Source: an uncultured Erysipelotrichaceae bacterium
GTDB taxonomy: Bacteria; Bacillota_I; Bacilli_A; RF39; UBA660
Direction of reading: 5' to 3'
Assembly (NCBI GenBank): GCA_902795215.1
Contig: CADBKG010000002.1
Coordinates: 2,318 to 66,317 of the forward strand
DNA: 64,000 bases
Made by a program: the position numbers and the translations under genes. The notes beneath the pieces are model-generated. The model was not told the DNA's origin. It saw nothing but the letters and a program-made list of their open reading frames with translations, and made no database searches. Below, one piece after another: positions 38,103-47,950 of the stretch (its first letter is position 1; each line of letters starts with the position of its first letter).

Positions 38103-39818
38103 ATGAACAATAATTTCTTAGAAGGTATTAAAAAAGTAACTGGTGAAGCGATTAATACTGGAACAACCATGTTAAATAATGCCACTAAAGTTGCGACAGA
38201 AAATGTGAATTTAGGAAATGGTTTAACTAGTGTGATAAGCAATACCACTAACTTACTAAATATCAATAATATTGCAAGTGTTTCATCAAATACTATAGGA
38301 AATTTAGCTAATGCAGCATCTGGTTTTTTATCAAGTAATTCAGCAAATCTTAATCAAGCATCTCGAAATTTATTTGATGGCCTAGCAAATACAGGTATTA
38401 TTGATAAATCAGTTGCAAATGCTTGGTCTAATCAAGTAGCGGCTTACTCTAAAAATGCTACTGATGTTTTTTCTAGTATTGCTTCAGGAAGCACAACAAA
38501 TTATCATTCTGCAGTAGAAAAAATAACTGGAGTTATGGGTAATTATAACGAAACTGTTAAAGGACTAACGGAAAATTTAAAAAACACAATGGGTATAAGT
38601 GCTACAAAAGAAGATTTGTTAAGTGGTAAAGTTTCTGCTGCTGAGCTCGTTCCTAGCTTACTTGCATCTTCAAAAGATTTGCTTGCAACTGCTATACATT
38701 TACCATCGTTTTCAATTGATAAAATACATTCTTCTGTAAATGAGGGTTATGATACCTTATTAAAATATAAAAATAAAGTTCTAGGAATAGATAAAACTGG
38801 TAACCATAAAGGTGATGTAATTACGACTCTTGGTGATAGTGTTTTATCGGGATGGTTACTAGATGATTACAACAAAAAACTTAATAATGGAACAAACGTT
38901 GTTGAAGGGGTTGTTGCTCTTCAAAATATTAAAAACTCTGGTCCAACTTTATTAGCACAAGCATTAGGTGGTAAAGTAAATCAAATGCAATATCCTGGAA
39001 TTAGAACAGATGAACTAAGATATGTATTAGATGAAAACTTTAGAAATAGTCCTTTTAACTGGACAGTATCTGATGAAAGAAAAGCATTTTTAGATGCTCA
39101 TAGAGCAGAATATTTAAAAAATATAGACGGTTCTGATACAATTGTTTTAGATATAGGATGGAATAATATTAATACTCCTATAGCCGTATTTAATGAAGTT
39201 GGTAACTTTTGGGGAAAAGCATTTTCAAACGATGAAGGATTACCTCTTGACCAAAAAATTATGCAAGTTGCTGCGGATACACCAGATTTCTTAGGTAAAA
39301 TGGTAACAGGAATTGAACGTTCAGTTGGATCATATGTAATTGATTATCCAATTTTAATGCAAGAAATTTATAAAAGGAATCCAAATGCAACACTTGTAAT
39401 AACTGGTGGATATAATCCTGGTGAAGATGTAGACCTAAGCAGCTTTTTAGGTTTGCCGATAGATGATGATATAACAAGCGCTTTTTGTGAATCTTTATAT
39501 GACTTAACTGCAGAACCATATAAAAAAGCACTATGTTTATTATATCCAGGAGAAGCGGTATATGCTGATATGTCAGGAGTTCAAACAAGGGTTAATGGAC
39601 CATATGATGTATTTACAGGTGGACTTGATTTCCATCCAACACAAGCTGGTGCTATAGAACAAGCAAATAAACTTGCCACTGCACTTGGTCATAATTCAGG
39701 ATTAAAACTTCAAGACGTTAGAACTAATGATAATACAGCAATTGAAACATATCTTGGTAATGTTATAGATGCTACTAATAAAGCAGCTAAAGATATCTTT
39801 ACAAATAATAACAAATAA
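38103..39818 (+). CDS. SGNH/GDSL hydrolase with a long N/S/T/A-rich N-terminal extension
   Basis: TLGDSVLSG (block I), DIGWNN (block III-like), DFHPTQAG (block V). Confidence 0.75.
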   Translation: MNNNFLEGIKKVTGEAINTGTTMLNNATKVATENVNLGNGLTSVISNTTNLLNINNIASVSSNTIGNLANAASGFLSSNSANLNQASRNLFDGLANTGIIDKSVANAWSNQVAAYSKNATDVFSSIASGSTTNYHSAVEKITGVMGNYNETVKGLTENLKNTMGISATKEDLLSGKVSAAELVPSLLASSKDLLATAIHLPSFSIDKIHSSVNEGYDTLLKYKNKVLGIDKTGNHKGDVITTLGDSVLSGWLLDDYNKKLNNGTNVVEGVVALQNIKNSGPTLLAQALGGKVNQMQYPGIRTDELRYVLDENFRNSPFNWTVSDERKAFLDAHRAEYLKNIDGSDTIVLDIGWNNINTPIAVFNEVGNFWGKAFSNDEGLPLDQKIMQVAADTPDFLGKMVTGIERSVGSYVIDYPILMQEIYKRNPNATLVITGGYNPGEDVDLSSFLGLPIDDDITSAFCESLYDLTAEPYKKALCLLYPGEAVYADMSGVQTRVNGPYDVFTGGLDFHPTQAGAIEQANKLATALGHNSGLKLQDVRTNDNTAIETYLGNVIDATNKAAKDIFTNNNK

Positions 39819-39832
39819 TTAACAAAATAAGG

Positions 39833-39861
39833 TTGACAAAGAGCCTTATTTTTTTTATAAT
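39833..39861 (+). promoter_or_regulatory. sigmaA promoter of rplM-rpsI
   Basis: TTGACA-17-TATAAT perfect consensus. Confidence 0.85.
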
Positions 39862-39941
39862 CTAAATCGGTACATTTTATTTGATGGGTGTTTTTGGTGT
39901 GGGAAGCTAAATACATTTATTAAATAGAAAGGGAAATTTTT

Positions 39942-40370
39942 ATGAAAACATATATGCAAAAAAAAGAAGACGTAAACCGTAAATGGTATGTTGTAGACGC
40001 TGAAGGACAAACACTTGGTCGTCTAGCAACTAAAGTTGCTACTATCTTAAGAGGAAAAAATAAAGTTACATATACTCCTCATGTAGATACTGGTGACTAT
40101 GTAATTATCATCAATGCTAGTAAAGTAAAATTAACTGGTAACAAATTAGATGATAAGATGTATTATAATCATAGTGGATATCCAGGTGGACTTAGAGAAA
40201 GAAATGCTAAGACTATGATTGAAAAATATCCAGAAGAAATGGTACAAAGAGCTGTTAAAGGAATGCTTCCTAAGGGACCTCTTGGAAGAAAAATGCTTAA
40301 GAAACTATTTGTTTATGCTGGTGATACACATGAACAACAAGCTCAAAAACCAGAAAAATTAGAAATTTAA
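39942..40370 (+). CDS. rplM: 50S ribosomal protein L13
   Basis: [31 protein letters not shown]. Confidence 0.98.
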   Translation: MKTYMQKKEDVNRKWYVVDAEGQTLGRLATKVATILRGKNKVTYTPHVDTGDYVIIINASKVKLTGNKLDDKMYYNHSGYPGGLRERNAKTMIEKYPEEMVQRAVKGMLPKGPLGRKMLKKLFVYAGDTHEQQAQKPEKLEI

Positions 40371-40382
40371 GGAGGTTAGAGT

Positions 40383-40799
40383 ATGGATAAGAAAACTATA
40401 ACAGCTACTGGACATAGAAAAAGAGCAATCGCTCAAATTAAAATGACTCCAGGAAGTGGAAAAATAACAGTTAATGGCGTAGATGTTAATGAATATATGC
40501 CATTTGCAACATTTGTAATGGATTTAAAACAACCTTTAGTAGCTACTGGTAATGAAAATGCATTTGATATTGTAGTTAAAGCTACTGGTGGTGGATTTAG
40601 TGGACAAACTGGTGCAATTAGACTTGCAATTACTAAAGCATTACTTGAATATGATAAAGAAACAGATCAAACAAGAGAAGATTCTTATAGAAAAATCTTA
40701 AAAGCTAATGGATTTGTTACAAGAGATGCTCGTAAAAAAGAAAGAAAGAAACCAGGTCTTAAGAAAGCACGTAGAGCACCACAATTTAGTAAGAGATAA
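40383..40799 (+). CDS. rpsI: 30S ribosomal protein S9
   Basis: TGHRKRAIA, GGGFSGQ, ERKKPGLKKARRAPQFSKR. Confidence 0.98.
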   Translation: MDKKTITATGHRKRAIAQIKMTPGSGKITVNGVDVNEYMPFATFVMDLKQPLVATGNENAFDIVVKATGGGFSGQTGAIRLAITKALLEYDKETDQTREDSYRKILKANGFVTRDARKKERKKPGLKKARRAPQFSKR

Positions 40800-40812
40800 A
40801 AGAATATTTGGA

Positions 40813-40836
40813 AAGTCCGTATTTACGGGCTTTTTT
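40813..40836 (+). terminator. intrinsic terminator after rpsI
   Basis: AAGTCCGT-attt-ACGGGCTT plus T-tract. Confidence 0.75.
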
Positions 40837-41030
40837 CGATGCCTAAATATAGAAAATAGCAACTTTTTATTAGTTGTAGGCTACAAAGTCGACTTAATCC
40901 CCTTTATCTATCTTAGGCTAGTAGAACCAGCTAGGTGAACAATACTGGTTTTATTACGCAATTATTTAATCTGGTAGTTAAATAATAAAAAAACATGGTA
41001 TAATAAACATGTAGTCAGGGAGGTTTTGCT

Positions 41031-41978
41031 GTGGAAGATTTTAGAAAAATAGAAGATAAATTATATTATGCTAAATATTGTGATTCAAAATTTGACAATC
41101 CAATAGAAATTTGGAGTTCAATAAAAAATAATAGAGAATTATTAGAATGGGCTATTAAGCCAACTAAAGATAAACATGGTAAAAGAGATTTAGTAAATGG
41201 TTTGGCAATATGTGAGAATTTGCTTATTGATTTTAATAATGTTGATAATGAAGTATATCAAAAACTTGTAGGCTTGATTTATTCCAATAAACAAATTGCT
41301 AGAATTGTTCTAAATGGTTATAGTAATGGTGGCTATTCATATTTACTAATGTCCTTATGGAATCCCAATCTAAAATTAACGGATGAACAAAAAGCATTCG
41401 CAGTTGATGAGGCTATGAATAAAATTGGTACCATTAGATATAAAAATACTATGTATCAATATTCTAATCAACTAGATGAAAAAGGTATTACTGATGAACA
41501 AACTATGTACACTGAATTTGGTGGTTCTATTAATCCTGTAGGTGCTAAAACTGGTAATATGTATATGGCAGGTTTGTTTAGTTCATTAAGTGATACTCAA
41601 GCACATGGTTCAGGAGATTTTGATATAAGATATTGGATACTAAGAAATTCTAATTGGTCAATAGAAGAAAAACAAAAGCTAATTATGGATTTTTGGAGTG
41701 ATGATGAAGATTATGATGAAATACTAGAGCAATGGGAATGGGCAATAGTTAATGATAGCGCCAATTATAAAGACGATGCACTACCACAATTCGATAAGTT
41801 TGAAATGTATGAGTATTCTTATGAAGAATTATTAAAATTCTATGGTGATAAAGAAACAACTGATAGAATTTGGGATGAAATACAATTCTGTAAACAAATG
41901 CATCAATTAAGACACCAACAATGGGAATTAGAATTTGTTAAGCCAAAGGTTTTAGAGAAAACACTTAAAAATATGTAA
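41031..41978 (+). CDS. hypothetical protein (315 aa)
   Basis: long ORF with SD GGAGG, GTG start and its own TATAAT; no family recognised. Confidence 0.7.
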   Translation: MEDFRKIEDKLYYAKYCDSKFDNPIEIWSSIKNNRELLEWAIKPTKDKHGKRDLVNGLAICENLLIDFNNVDNEVYQKLVGLIYSNKQIARIVLNGYSNGGYSYLLMSLWNPNLKLTDEQKAFAVDEAMNKIGTIRYKNTMYQYSNQLDEKGITDEQTMYTEFGGSINPVGAKTGNMYMAGLFSSLSDTQAHGSGDFDIRYWILRNSNWSIEEKQKLIMDFWSDDEDYDEILEQWEWAIVNDSANYKDDALPQFDKFEMYEYSYEELLKFYGDKETTDRIWDEIQFCKQMHQLRHQQWELEFVKPKVLEKTLKNM

Positions 41979-42117
41979 AAAATTACTAAGGTATCAATAA
42001 GAACATTAGAAACCTGTTATGTAGGCTATAAATTGAGTACTACAAATATTATAAGGAGAGTTAATAGTTTACAAAATCAGAAGTTTTAATATATAATAAT
42101 GAATTAATGGAGGTTTA

Positions 42118-42651
42118 ATGGTGGAAAAAAAATTTTATAATAGTATAGCTGAAAAACAAATTTATAAGGTTGATTTATATCATTTGTTAGGAAAATCATA
42201 TATATTTGAAGATTATACTTGTGATGTGGAAACATTAGGAAAAATATTAGTATCCGTTTCTGAGAAAAAAGAAAATCCTTACAGAGATAATGCTGGCGAA
42301 TGTATAGAAATATCAGAAGGATTTAGCATACCTCTTATAAAATGTTCTAAGACATCTCGTTATGATGGCTGGTATGATGAAGAGGTAATCGAGCTTCATC
42401 TTCCATATATATATGATTATTGGGATAAATATATGTTATATATAGTTCGTTCTGAGGATATTATAGAATCTAATTTAGCAACTTTAGAAGATATAAAAGA
42501 GTATAATCCTCAAAATGAAACATGGTATAAATTATTAAAAGAAATACAAGAAAAAGGAATAAACTTTGATTATAATCAGGAATCTATAGAAGAAATATAT
42601 GGGAAGAATCTAGATAATGGTAATCAAACGAGTAAAAAGAAAAAAAGATGA
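42118..42651 (+). CDS. hypothetical protein
   Basis: ORF with SD GGAGG; no family recognised. Confidence 0.65.
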   Translation: MVEKKFYNSIAEKQIYKVDLYHLLGKSYIFEDYTCDVETLGKILVSVSEKKENPYRDNAGECIEISEGFSIPLIKCSKTSRYDGWYDEEVIELHLPYIYDYWDKYMLYIVRSEDIIESNLATLEDIKEYNPQNETWYKLLKEIQEKGINFDYNQESIEEIYGKNLDNGNQTSKKKKR

Positions 42652-42725
42652 CATTTTATAAAAAGGCAAAAGAAGTTAATAAAAATTATTGATTTAAATA
42701 AAGAAAATATGTTGGAGCTGGTAAT

Positions 42726-43184
42726 ATGGATTTTAAATATGATTTTTTTATCGCAGGTAGAGCAAGAAACAAAGAAAATATATTAAGAATTTGCGATATA
42801 TTTGATAATAACAAAATTTCTTATTATTGTTTTTTAAAATATGATGATCAATGGGGATATGGAAGTCAAAATCAAACTCCAGAAGAAAACCAGCAGGAAT
42901 TTGAGTCATTAAGTTTAAAAAGTGAAACAGTGTTAAAAATATTTCGCGATGATCTAGAAGGAGAAAAAAAATCTAAAAATCTTTTGTTAGTTCTACCAGC
43001 AGGAAAAGCAGCTCATATAGAAGCAGGAATTGCCTATGGACTAGGTAAGAAGTGTTATGCGATAGGAGAATATGACATTACCGATTCTTTATATAATATT
43101 TTTGATGATATTTTTGCAAATGAAGAAGAGTTAGTTGATTTTTTGCAAGAATATAAAAATAAACAAAAAAACTTTAACTTATAA
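42726..43184 (+). CDS. nucleoside 2-deoxyribosyltransferase-like (NDT/RCL fold) protein
   Basis: FFIAGR..., IFRDDLEG, LLLVLPAGKAAHIEAGIAYGLGK motif. Confidence 0.75.
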   Translation: MDFKYDFFIAGRARNKENILRICDIFDNNKISYYCFLKYDDQWGYGSQNQTPEENQQEFESLSLKSETVLKIFRDDLEGEKKSKNLLLVLPAGKAAHIEAGIAYGLGKKCYAIGEYDITDSLYNIFDDIFANEEELVDFLQEYKNKQKNFNL

Positions 43185-43223
43185 AAAAATACAAAGATGG
43201 CTATAAAATTAGTCATTTTTTTA

Positions 43224-43277
43224 TTGACAATTAATTATGTTTAGTATACAATATTATTGTATTAATCGAGTGACACA
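43224..43277 (+). promoter_or_regulatory. promoter plus putative YtrA-type operator of the GntR-ABC operon
   Basis: TTGACA-17-TACAAT; imperfect inverted repeat TGTATTA-N6-TGACACA at 43258-43277. Confidence 0.5.
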
Positions 43278-43290
43278 GTGAGGTGAATTT

Positions 43291-43650
43291 ATGGAAATAA
43301 CATTTGATAACAACATACCTATATATATTCAGTTGCTAGAATATATGAAGATCTACCTTATATCAGGAGTATTTAAGCAAGGAGAAAAGCTTCCTTCTGT
43401 TAGAGATTTTGCAGCAACATTCAAAGTAAACCCAAATACAATGCAAAAAGCTCTGGCAGAACTTGAAAGTATGAATTTGATTTATACAGAAAGAACTAAT
43501 GGGAAATATGTAACTAATGATGCAAAATTAATAGAAAAACTTAAAGATGAATATGCAATTACTCTTGCTAAAAGTTATTTTCAAGGTATGAAAAGAATTG
43601 GTCTTGGTAAAGCAGATTCAATTAAATATTTGAAAGGAATAGAGGAATAA
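43291..43650 (+). CDS. GntR family regulator (YtrA subfamily)
   Basis: IPIYIQL, GEKLPSVRDFA, VNPNTMQKA. Confidence 0.92.
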   Translation: MEITFDNNIPIYIQLLEYMKIYLISGVFKQGEKLPSVRDFAATFKVNPNTMQKALAELESMNLIYTERTNGKYVTNDAKLIEKLKDEYAITLAKSYFQGMKRIGLGKADSIKYLKGIEE

Positions 43651-43651
43651 C

Positions 43652-44347
43652 ATGAAACTATTAGAAGTTAAGCATATAAATAAGACTTTTGATAATAAAG
43701 ATGTGCTTAAAGACATTAATTTTGATATTACAGGCGGAAGAATTATTGGATTACTTGGAAAAAATGGCGCTGGTAAAACAACTCTAATTAAACTAATAAA
43801 TGATTTATTAACACCTACTTCTGGAGAAATACTCGTTAAAGGAAAAAAAGTTGGAGTTGAAACAAAAAAAGTTATATCTTATTTGCCAGAAAGAACATAT
43901 CTAAATAAACAAATGAAAGTATCAGAAGTAATCGAATTATTTAAAGACTTTTATGAAGATTTTGATGAAGAAAAAGCAAAAAAATTACTCATCGATTTAG
44001 ATCTTGATATAAATGAACGACTAACTAAAATGAGTAAGGGAATGCAAGAAAAAGTTCAGCTAGTACTCGTAATGTCTAGAAAAGCTGATTTATACATTTT
44101 AGATGAACCACTTGGTGGAGTAGATCCAGCGACAAGAGATTATATTTTAGATACGATATTATCTAACTTCAATGAAAAAGCTAGTGTTATTATATCAACA
44201 CATTTAATATCAGACATAGAAAGAATATTAGATGAAGTAATATTTATTGATAAAGGAAAAATTGTTCTTCAAAGTGATGCAGATAAATTAAGAAATAAAG
44301 AAAAAACATCTATAGATGAAATCTTTAGGAGGATGTTCAAATGTTAA
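43652..44347 (+). CDS. ABC transporter ATP-binding protein
   Basis: GKNGAGKT, MSKG signature, ILDEPLGG, ISTH. Confidence 0.93.
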   Translation: MKLLEVKHINKTFDNKDVLKDINFDITGGRIIGLLGKNGAGKTTLIKLINDLLTPTSGEILVKGKKVGVETKKVISYLPERTYLNKQMKVSEVIELFKDFYEDFDEEKAKKLLIDLDLDINERLTKMSKGMQEKVQLVLVMSRKADLYILDEPLGGVDPATRDYILDTILSNFNEKASVIISTHLISDIERILDEVIFIDKGKIVLQSDADKLRNKEKTSIDEIFRRMFKC

Positions 44348-45135
44348 ATAAATTACTTAAATATGATTTAAAATATATGATTAAGAATATGATGGTATTC
44401 TATGTTTTATCTATATTCTTTGCATTTACAACTAGATTACTATTTAATATGGAACAATCAACAATGATTAATATTATTGGTCAAATAAGTGTAGGCTGTA
44501 TGTTTTCAATGGTAATAAGCACTTTAATAAATACAATAATGAGAAGCTGGGTTAGATTTAGAAATTCTCTTTATAAAGATGAATCATATTTAACACATAC
44601 TTTGCCGGTTACAAAAAACAATATATATAATTCAAAGTTTATTCAAACACTTATATTTTTCATTATAGGTTTTGCTATAGTGATCATAAGTTTATTTATA
44701 GCATACTATTCTAAAGAGAATTGGCAAGCGATTACAAGGTATATTAAAACAATTACAACTGGATTAAATATGAGTACAACATTCTTTGTTACAATGTTCC
44801 TAATAATTGTGTTTTTAGAAGTATTCAATGCAATACAATGTGGTTTTTTAGGAATTATTCTTGGCCATCAAAGGAATAATAATAAACTAGGTTATTCTGT
44901 AACAATAGGTTTTATTGTTTATATAATAGCACAAACTATAATACTTGGTTTAGTATATGTTTATGGTTTATTTGATCCAACTGTAATGGAATTGTTTGAA
45001 ACAGGGAACATAAACATAGAAGTAACTGCATTTAAAACACTAGCAGTTTTATCTTCAGCGCTTTATATAGTAATTATTTATATAATGAGTATTATCTGTA
45101 AAAGTGCATTAAACAAAGGTGTTAATATCGAATAA
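44341..45135 (+). CDS. ABC transporter permease
   Basis: six TM segments, YLTHTLPV motif. Confidence 0.85.
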   Translation: MLNKLLKYDLKYMIKNMMVFYVLSIFFAFTTRLLFNMEQSTMINIIGQISVGCMFSMVISTLINTIMRSWVRFRNSLYKDESYLTHTLPVTKNNIYNSKFIQTLIFFIIGFAIVIISLFIAYYSKENWQAITRYIKTITTGLNMSTTFFVTMFLIIVFLEVFNAIQCGFLGIILGHQRNNNKLGYSVTIGFIVYIIAQTIILGLVYVYGLFDPTVMELFETGNINIEVTAFKTLAVLSSALYIVIIYIMSIICKSALNKGVNIE

Positions 45136-45186
45136 GAAAGTTCTAACTTAGAACTTTTTTTATGTTATAATAAATGTGGTGATACT

Positions 45187-45972
45187 ATGGGGCTTGTAAA
45201 TAGTTTAGTAGAAACATTTAGGTTTAAGGATACGATTTTTTATAAAGAAGATAGTGACTTAAATGAGAAATATAACGCATTAAAACTATTAAGTGAAGAA
45301 TATCCAAACAATAAAGAAATTTCAAAAGAAATGTTTATAGTTAAAAAAGGATTAGATGGTGAGAATGAAATAGCTTATCAACTAAAAAAAGCTCATATAG
45401 GCATGTATGTTTTAAGGGATATAAAAGTTCAACATGAAGATTTAAATGCTCAAATTGATTATGTAATTATTACACCAGTATTTACTTATTATGTCGAATG
45501 TAAAAATTTAATTGGAAATATTACTGTAAATGATAAAGGTGAATTCATTAGAGAATATACTTTTAGTGGGAAAAAAATAAAAAAAGGGATGTATTCACCA
45601 CTAAGACAAGTTGAAGCGCAAAGAGAAGTTGTAAGAAAGATATGGGAAAATAATTCTTCAACAATTGATAAATTATTTGCTTCTAAAAAGTTTGATTATT
45701 ATAGAAGAGTTTTAGTAGTCGCCGCTAATCATGAAACAATCCTTAATACAAATAAAGCACCAAAAGATATTAAATATAAAGTTTTAAAAGCTGAAGCACT
45801 TGTAAGACAAATAGAGTATGATTTAAATCATAGGGAAAATAATGAAATACTAGATTCAAAAAAAGAAATGGAAAAAAGAGCCAAAAGTTATTTAGATTTA
45901 TCTATTAAAGATCAAAAAGATTATTATGAAGATTATAAAAATAAATTTATTAACAAAAAGAAGGAGGATTAA
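45187..45972 (+). CDS. NERD nuclease-related domain protein
   Basis: GLDGENEI, AQIDYVII, VECKNL, SPLRQVE. Confidence 0.82.
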   Translation: MGLVNSLVETFRFKDTIFYKEDSDLNEKYNALKLLSEEYPNNKEISKEMFIVKKGLDGENEIAYQLKKAHIGMYVLRDIKVQHEDLNAQIDYVIITPVFTYYVECKNLIGNITVNDKGEFIREYTFSGKKIKKGMYSPLRQVEAQREVVRKIWENNSSTIDKLFASKKFDYYRRVLVVAANHETILNTNKAPKDIKYKVLKAEALVRQIEYDLNHRENNEILDSKKEMEKRAKSYLDLSIKDQKDYYEDYKNKFINKKKED

Positions 45973-46320
45973 ATGGAAACACATAATATGAAATTAAAAA
46001 CCAAATATTTTAATTGTATGAAAAATGGAACTAAAAAAATTGAATTAAGACTTAATGATGAAAAAAGGCAAAAAATAAAAATAGGTGATGAAATAATATT
46101 TGAAGAAATGGCTGAAAAGCCTAAAGAGATAAGAACCAAAGTAGTTGATTTATACCACGAAGATTCATTTGAAGAATTAATTAATAAATTTGAAATATCT
46201 TTATTTGCAGATAAATATACTACAAAAAGTCAACTGCTTGCAACTTTAAATGAGATTTATCCTGAAGATAAACAAAAAGAATATGGAGTAGTTGGTATAA
46301 GAATAGAACTAGTTAAATAA
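45973..46320 (+). CDS. ASCH domain protein
   Basis: YFNCMKNGTKKIELRLNDEKRQKIKIGD. Confidence 0.85.
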   Translation: METHNMKLKTKYFNCMKNGTKKIELRLNDEKRQKIKIGDEIIFEEMAEKPKEIRTKVVDLYHEDSFEELINKFEISLFADKYTTKSQLLATLNEIYPEDKQKEYGVVGIRIELVK

Positions 46321-46331
46321 ATGGAGGCTTT

Positions 46332-47090
46332 ATGGGTTTATTTGATAGATTTAAAAAGAATAAAAAAAGTGATTTTCAAATAGCATTTGAAAAAAACTTA
46401 AAGTATATTTCTAATCTTGAAAAAGAAGTTAGTGACATAGAAAGTCAATTTGTTAAAACTGAAAACAGATTTTATTTAAAAGTGGGGGAAATTGATTGTC
46501 CGACTGGTTGGATAGTTGTTGCAGATCCACTTGCTTATTTACCGAATTTAGAATTTTCTCCAATACTTGAAAAAAGAGTACCAAAAGGTAAATATCCTGT
46601 GTATGTTTCATTAGCTAGAAGTGATGAGCTTGATGTTCGTATGTGCACAGTAAAAATGAAAATAAAAAAGACAAAAGCAGTAAAATACGAACTTGCAAAT
46701 CCAACAGAAAATACAGCATCATTTAAAGCTAGTGACGGAATTGTGCCTGGTTTCCCTGTTGATAGTGGTTTGGTTTCAATCTGTGATGAAAAAGTTGCAA
46801 AGGAATATGCATTATTTTTAGAAAACTGGCAAAAAGAAAATTCAGGCAAAAATTTTTATGGTGATTATTTTGAAAAATTTTTTATAGATAGTTATAATAA
46901 TAACGCAGCATATCAAAGAGATGGAGGAGACTTTATAGAATGGGCAAACCCCATAACAAAGAATAAACTAGTTATGGTTGCAAGTGGATTTGGCGATGGC
47001 TTATATCAAGCATACTTTGGATACGATAAAGATAACAAAATATGTGAAATTATCATACCACTTATAAATCCTGATTTTTTTGGAATATAA
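46332..47090 (+). CDS. DUF4241 family protein
   Basis: GWIVVADPL, FPVDSG, ASGFGDGLYQAYFG. Confidence 0.8.
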   Translation: MGLFDRFKKNKKSDFQIAFEKNLKYISNLEKEVSDIESQFVKTENRFYLKVGEIDCPTGWIVVADPLAYLPNLEFSPILEKRVPKGKYPVYVSLARSDELDVRMCTVKMKIKKTKAVKYELANPTENTASFKASDGIVPGFPVDSGLVSICDEKVAKEYALFLENWQKENSGKNFYGDYFEKFFIDSYNNNAAYQRDGGDFIEWANPITKNKLVMVASGFGDGLYQAYFGYDKDNKICEIIIPLINPDFFGI

Positions 47091-47154
47091 AAGAAAACTA
47101 ATATTTTAGTTTTTCTTTTTTTATAAATTTGATACAATTATAGTGGTGAGTAAT

Positions 47155-47484
47155 ATGGTTAATTTTGAAGATTTTGAAAAATTAGATATTAGGGTTGGAA
47201 CTATACTTGAAGCCACTAATTTTGATAAAGCTAAAAGACCTGCCTATAAACTAAAGATAGATTTTGGAGAAGAAATTGGTATTAAAAATTCTTCAGCGCA
47301 GATAACGAATTTATATAGTTTAGAAGAATTAGCAGGTAAACAAATACTTGCAGTAGTAAATTTTCCTAAAAAGCAGATCGCAGATTTTATGTCGGAAGTA
47401 TTAGTTCTTGGAACATATAGTAAAGAAGGAGTAGTCTTAATAAGGCCTGATAAAAAAGTGGACAATGGGGATAAATTAGGTTAA
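47155..47484 (+). CDS. csaA: CsaA/Trbp111-like tRNA-binding OB-fold protein
   Basis: FEKLDIRVGTI, YKLKIDFG, SSAQIT, NFPKKQIADFMSEVLVLG. Confidence 0.88.
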   Translation: MVNFEDFEKLDIRVGTILEATNFDKAKRPAYKLKIDFGEEIGIKNSSAQITNLYSLEELAGKQILAVVNFPKKQIADFMSEVLVLGTYSKEGVVLIRPDKKVDNGDKLG

Positions 47485-47500
47485 TAATAAGGAGGTAAAC

Positions 47501-47944
47501 ATGTGGTATTTAGAAGATAAGGAAACTATACTAATAGAAGATGAAATCTTATATACTAAAAAAAATATCAAATCAAATATTGTTGTTACAAATAAAAAGA
47601 TAGTTATAGAAAAAGAAAGCGGAATATTTAGGAAAAAGAAAAGTGTTGTAGATCTTATTCCTTTGACTGATGTTAAAACATATAATGATAGTGTAAAAAT
47701 TAAAAATGATAAAGAAACTGTATACTTACAGACTATAACTAGAAACATATCATTTACATGTTCAAGCGTTAAAAATGCCAAGAAGGTTTGTGAAAAAATA
47801 ATAACGGCTAGAACAGGTAAAAACTTTTATATAAGAAATAAAGCAAAACTAAAAAAAGGAATTAAAATAGCTAAAGAAGCAAAAGAAATAATATATATAG
47901 TTGCACCTATAGTAATAGGTTTTCTTGGTAAAAAGAAAAAGTAG
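47501..47944 (+). CDS. hypothetical protein (possible bacterial PH-like fold)
   Basis: IVVTNKKIVI pattern; basic C-terminus. Confidence 0.55.
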   Translation: MWYLEDKETILIEDEILYTKKNIKSNIVVTNKKIVIEKESGIFRKKKSVVDLIPLTDVKTYNDSVKIKNDKETVYLQTITRNISFTCSSVKNAKKVCEKIITARTGKNFYIRNKAKLKKGIKIAKEAKEIIYIVAPIVIGFLGKKKK

Positions 47945-47950
47945 GTAAAT

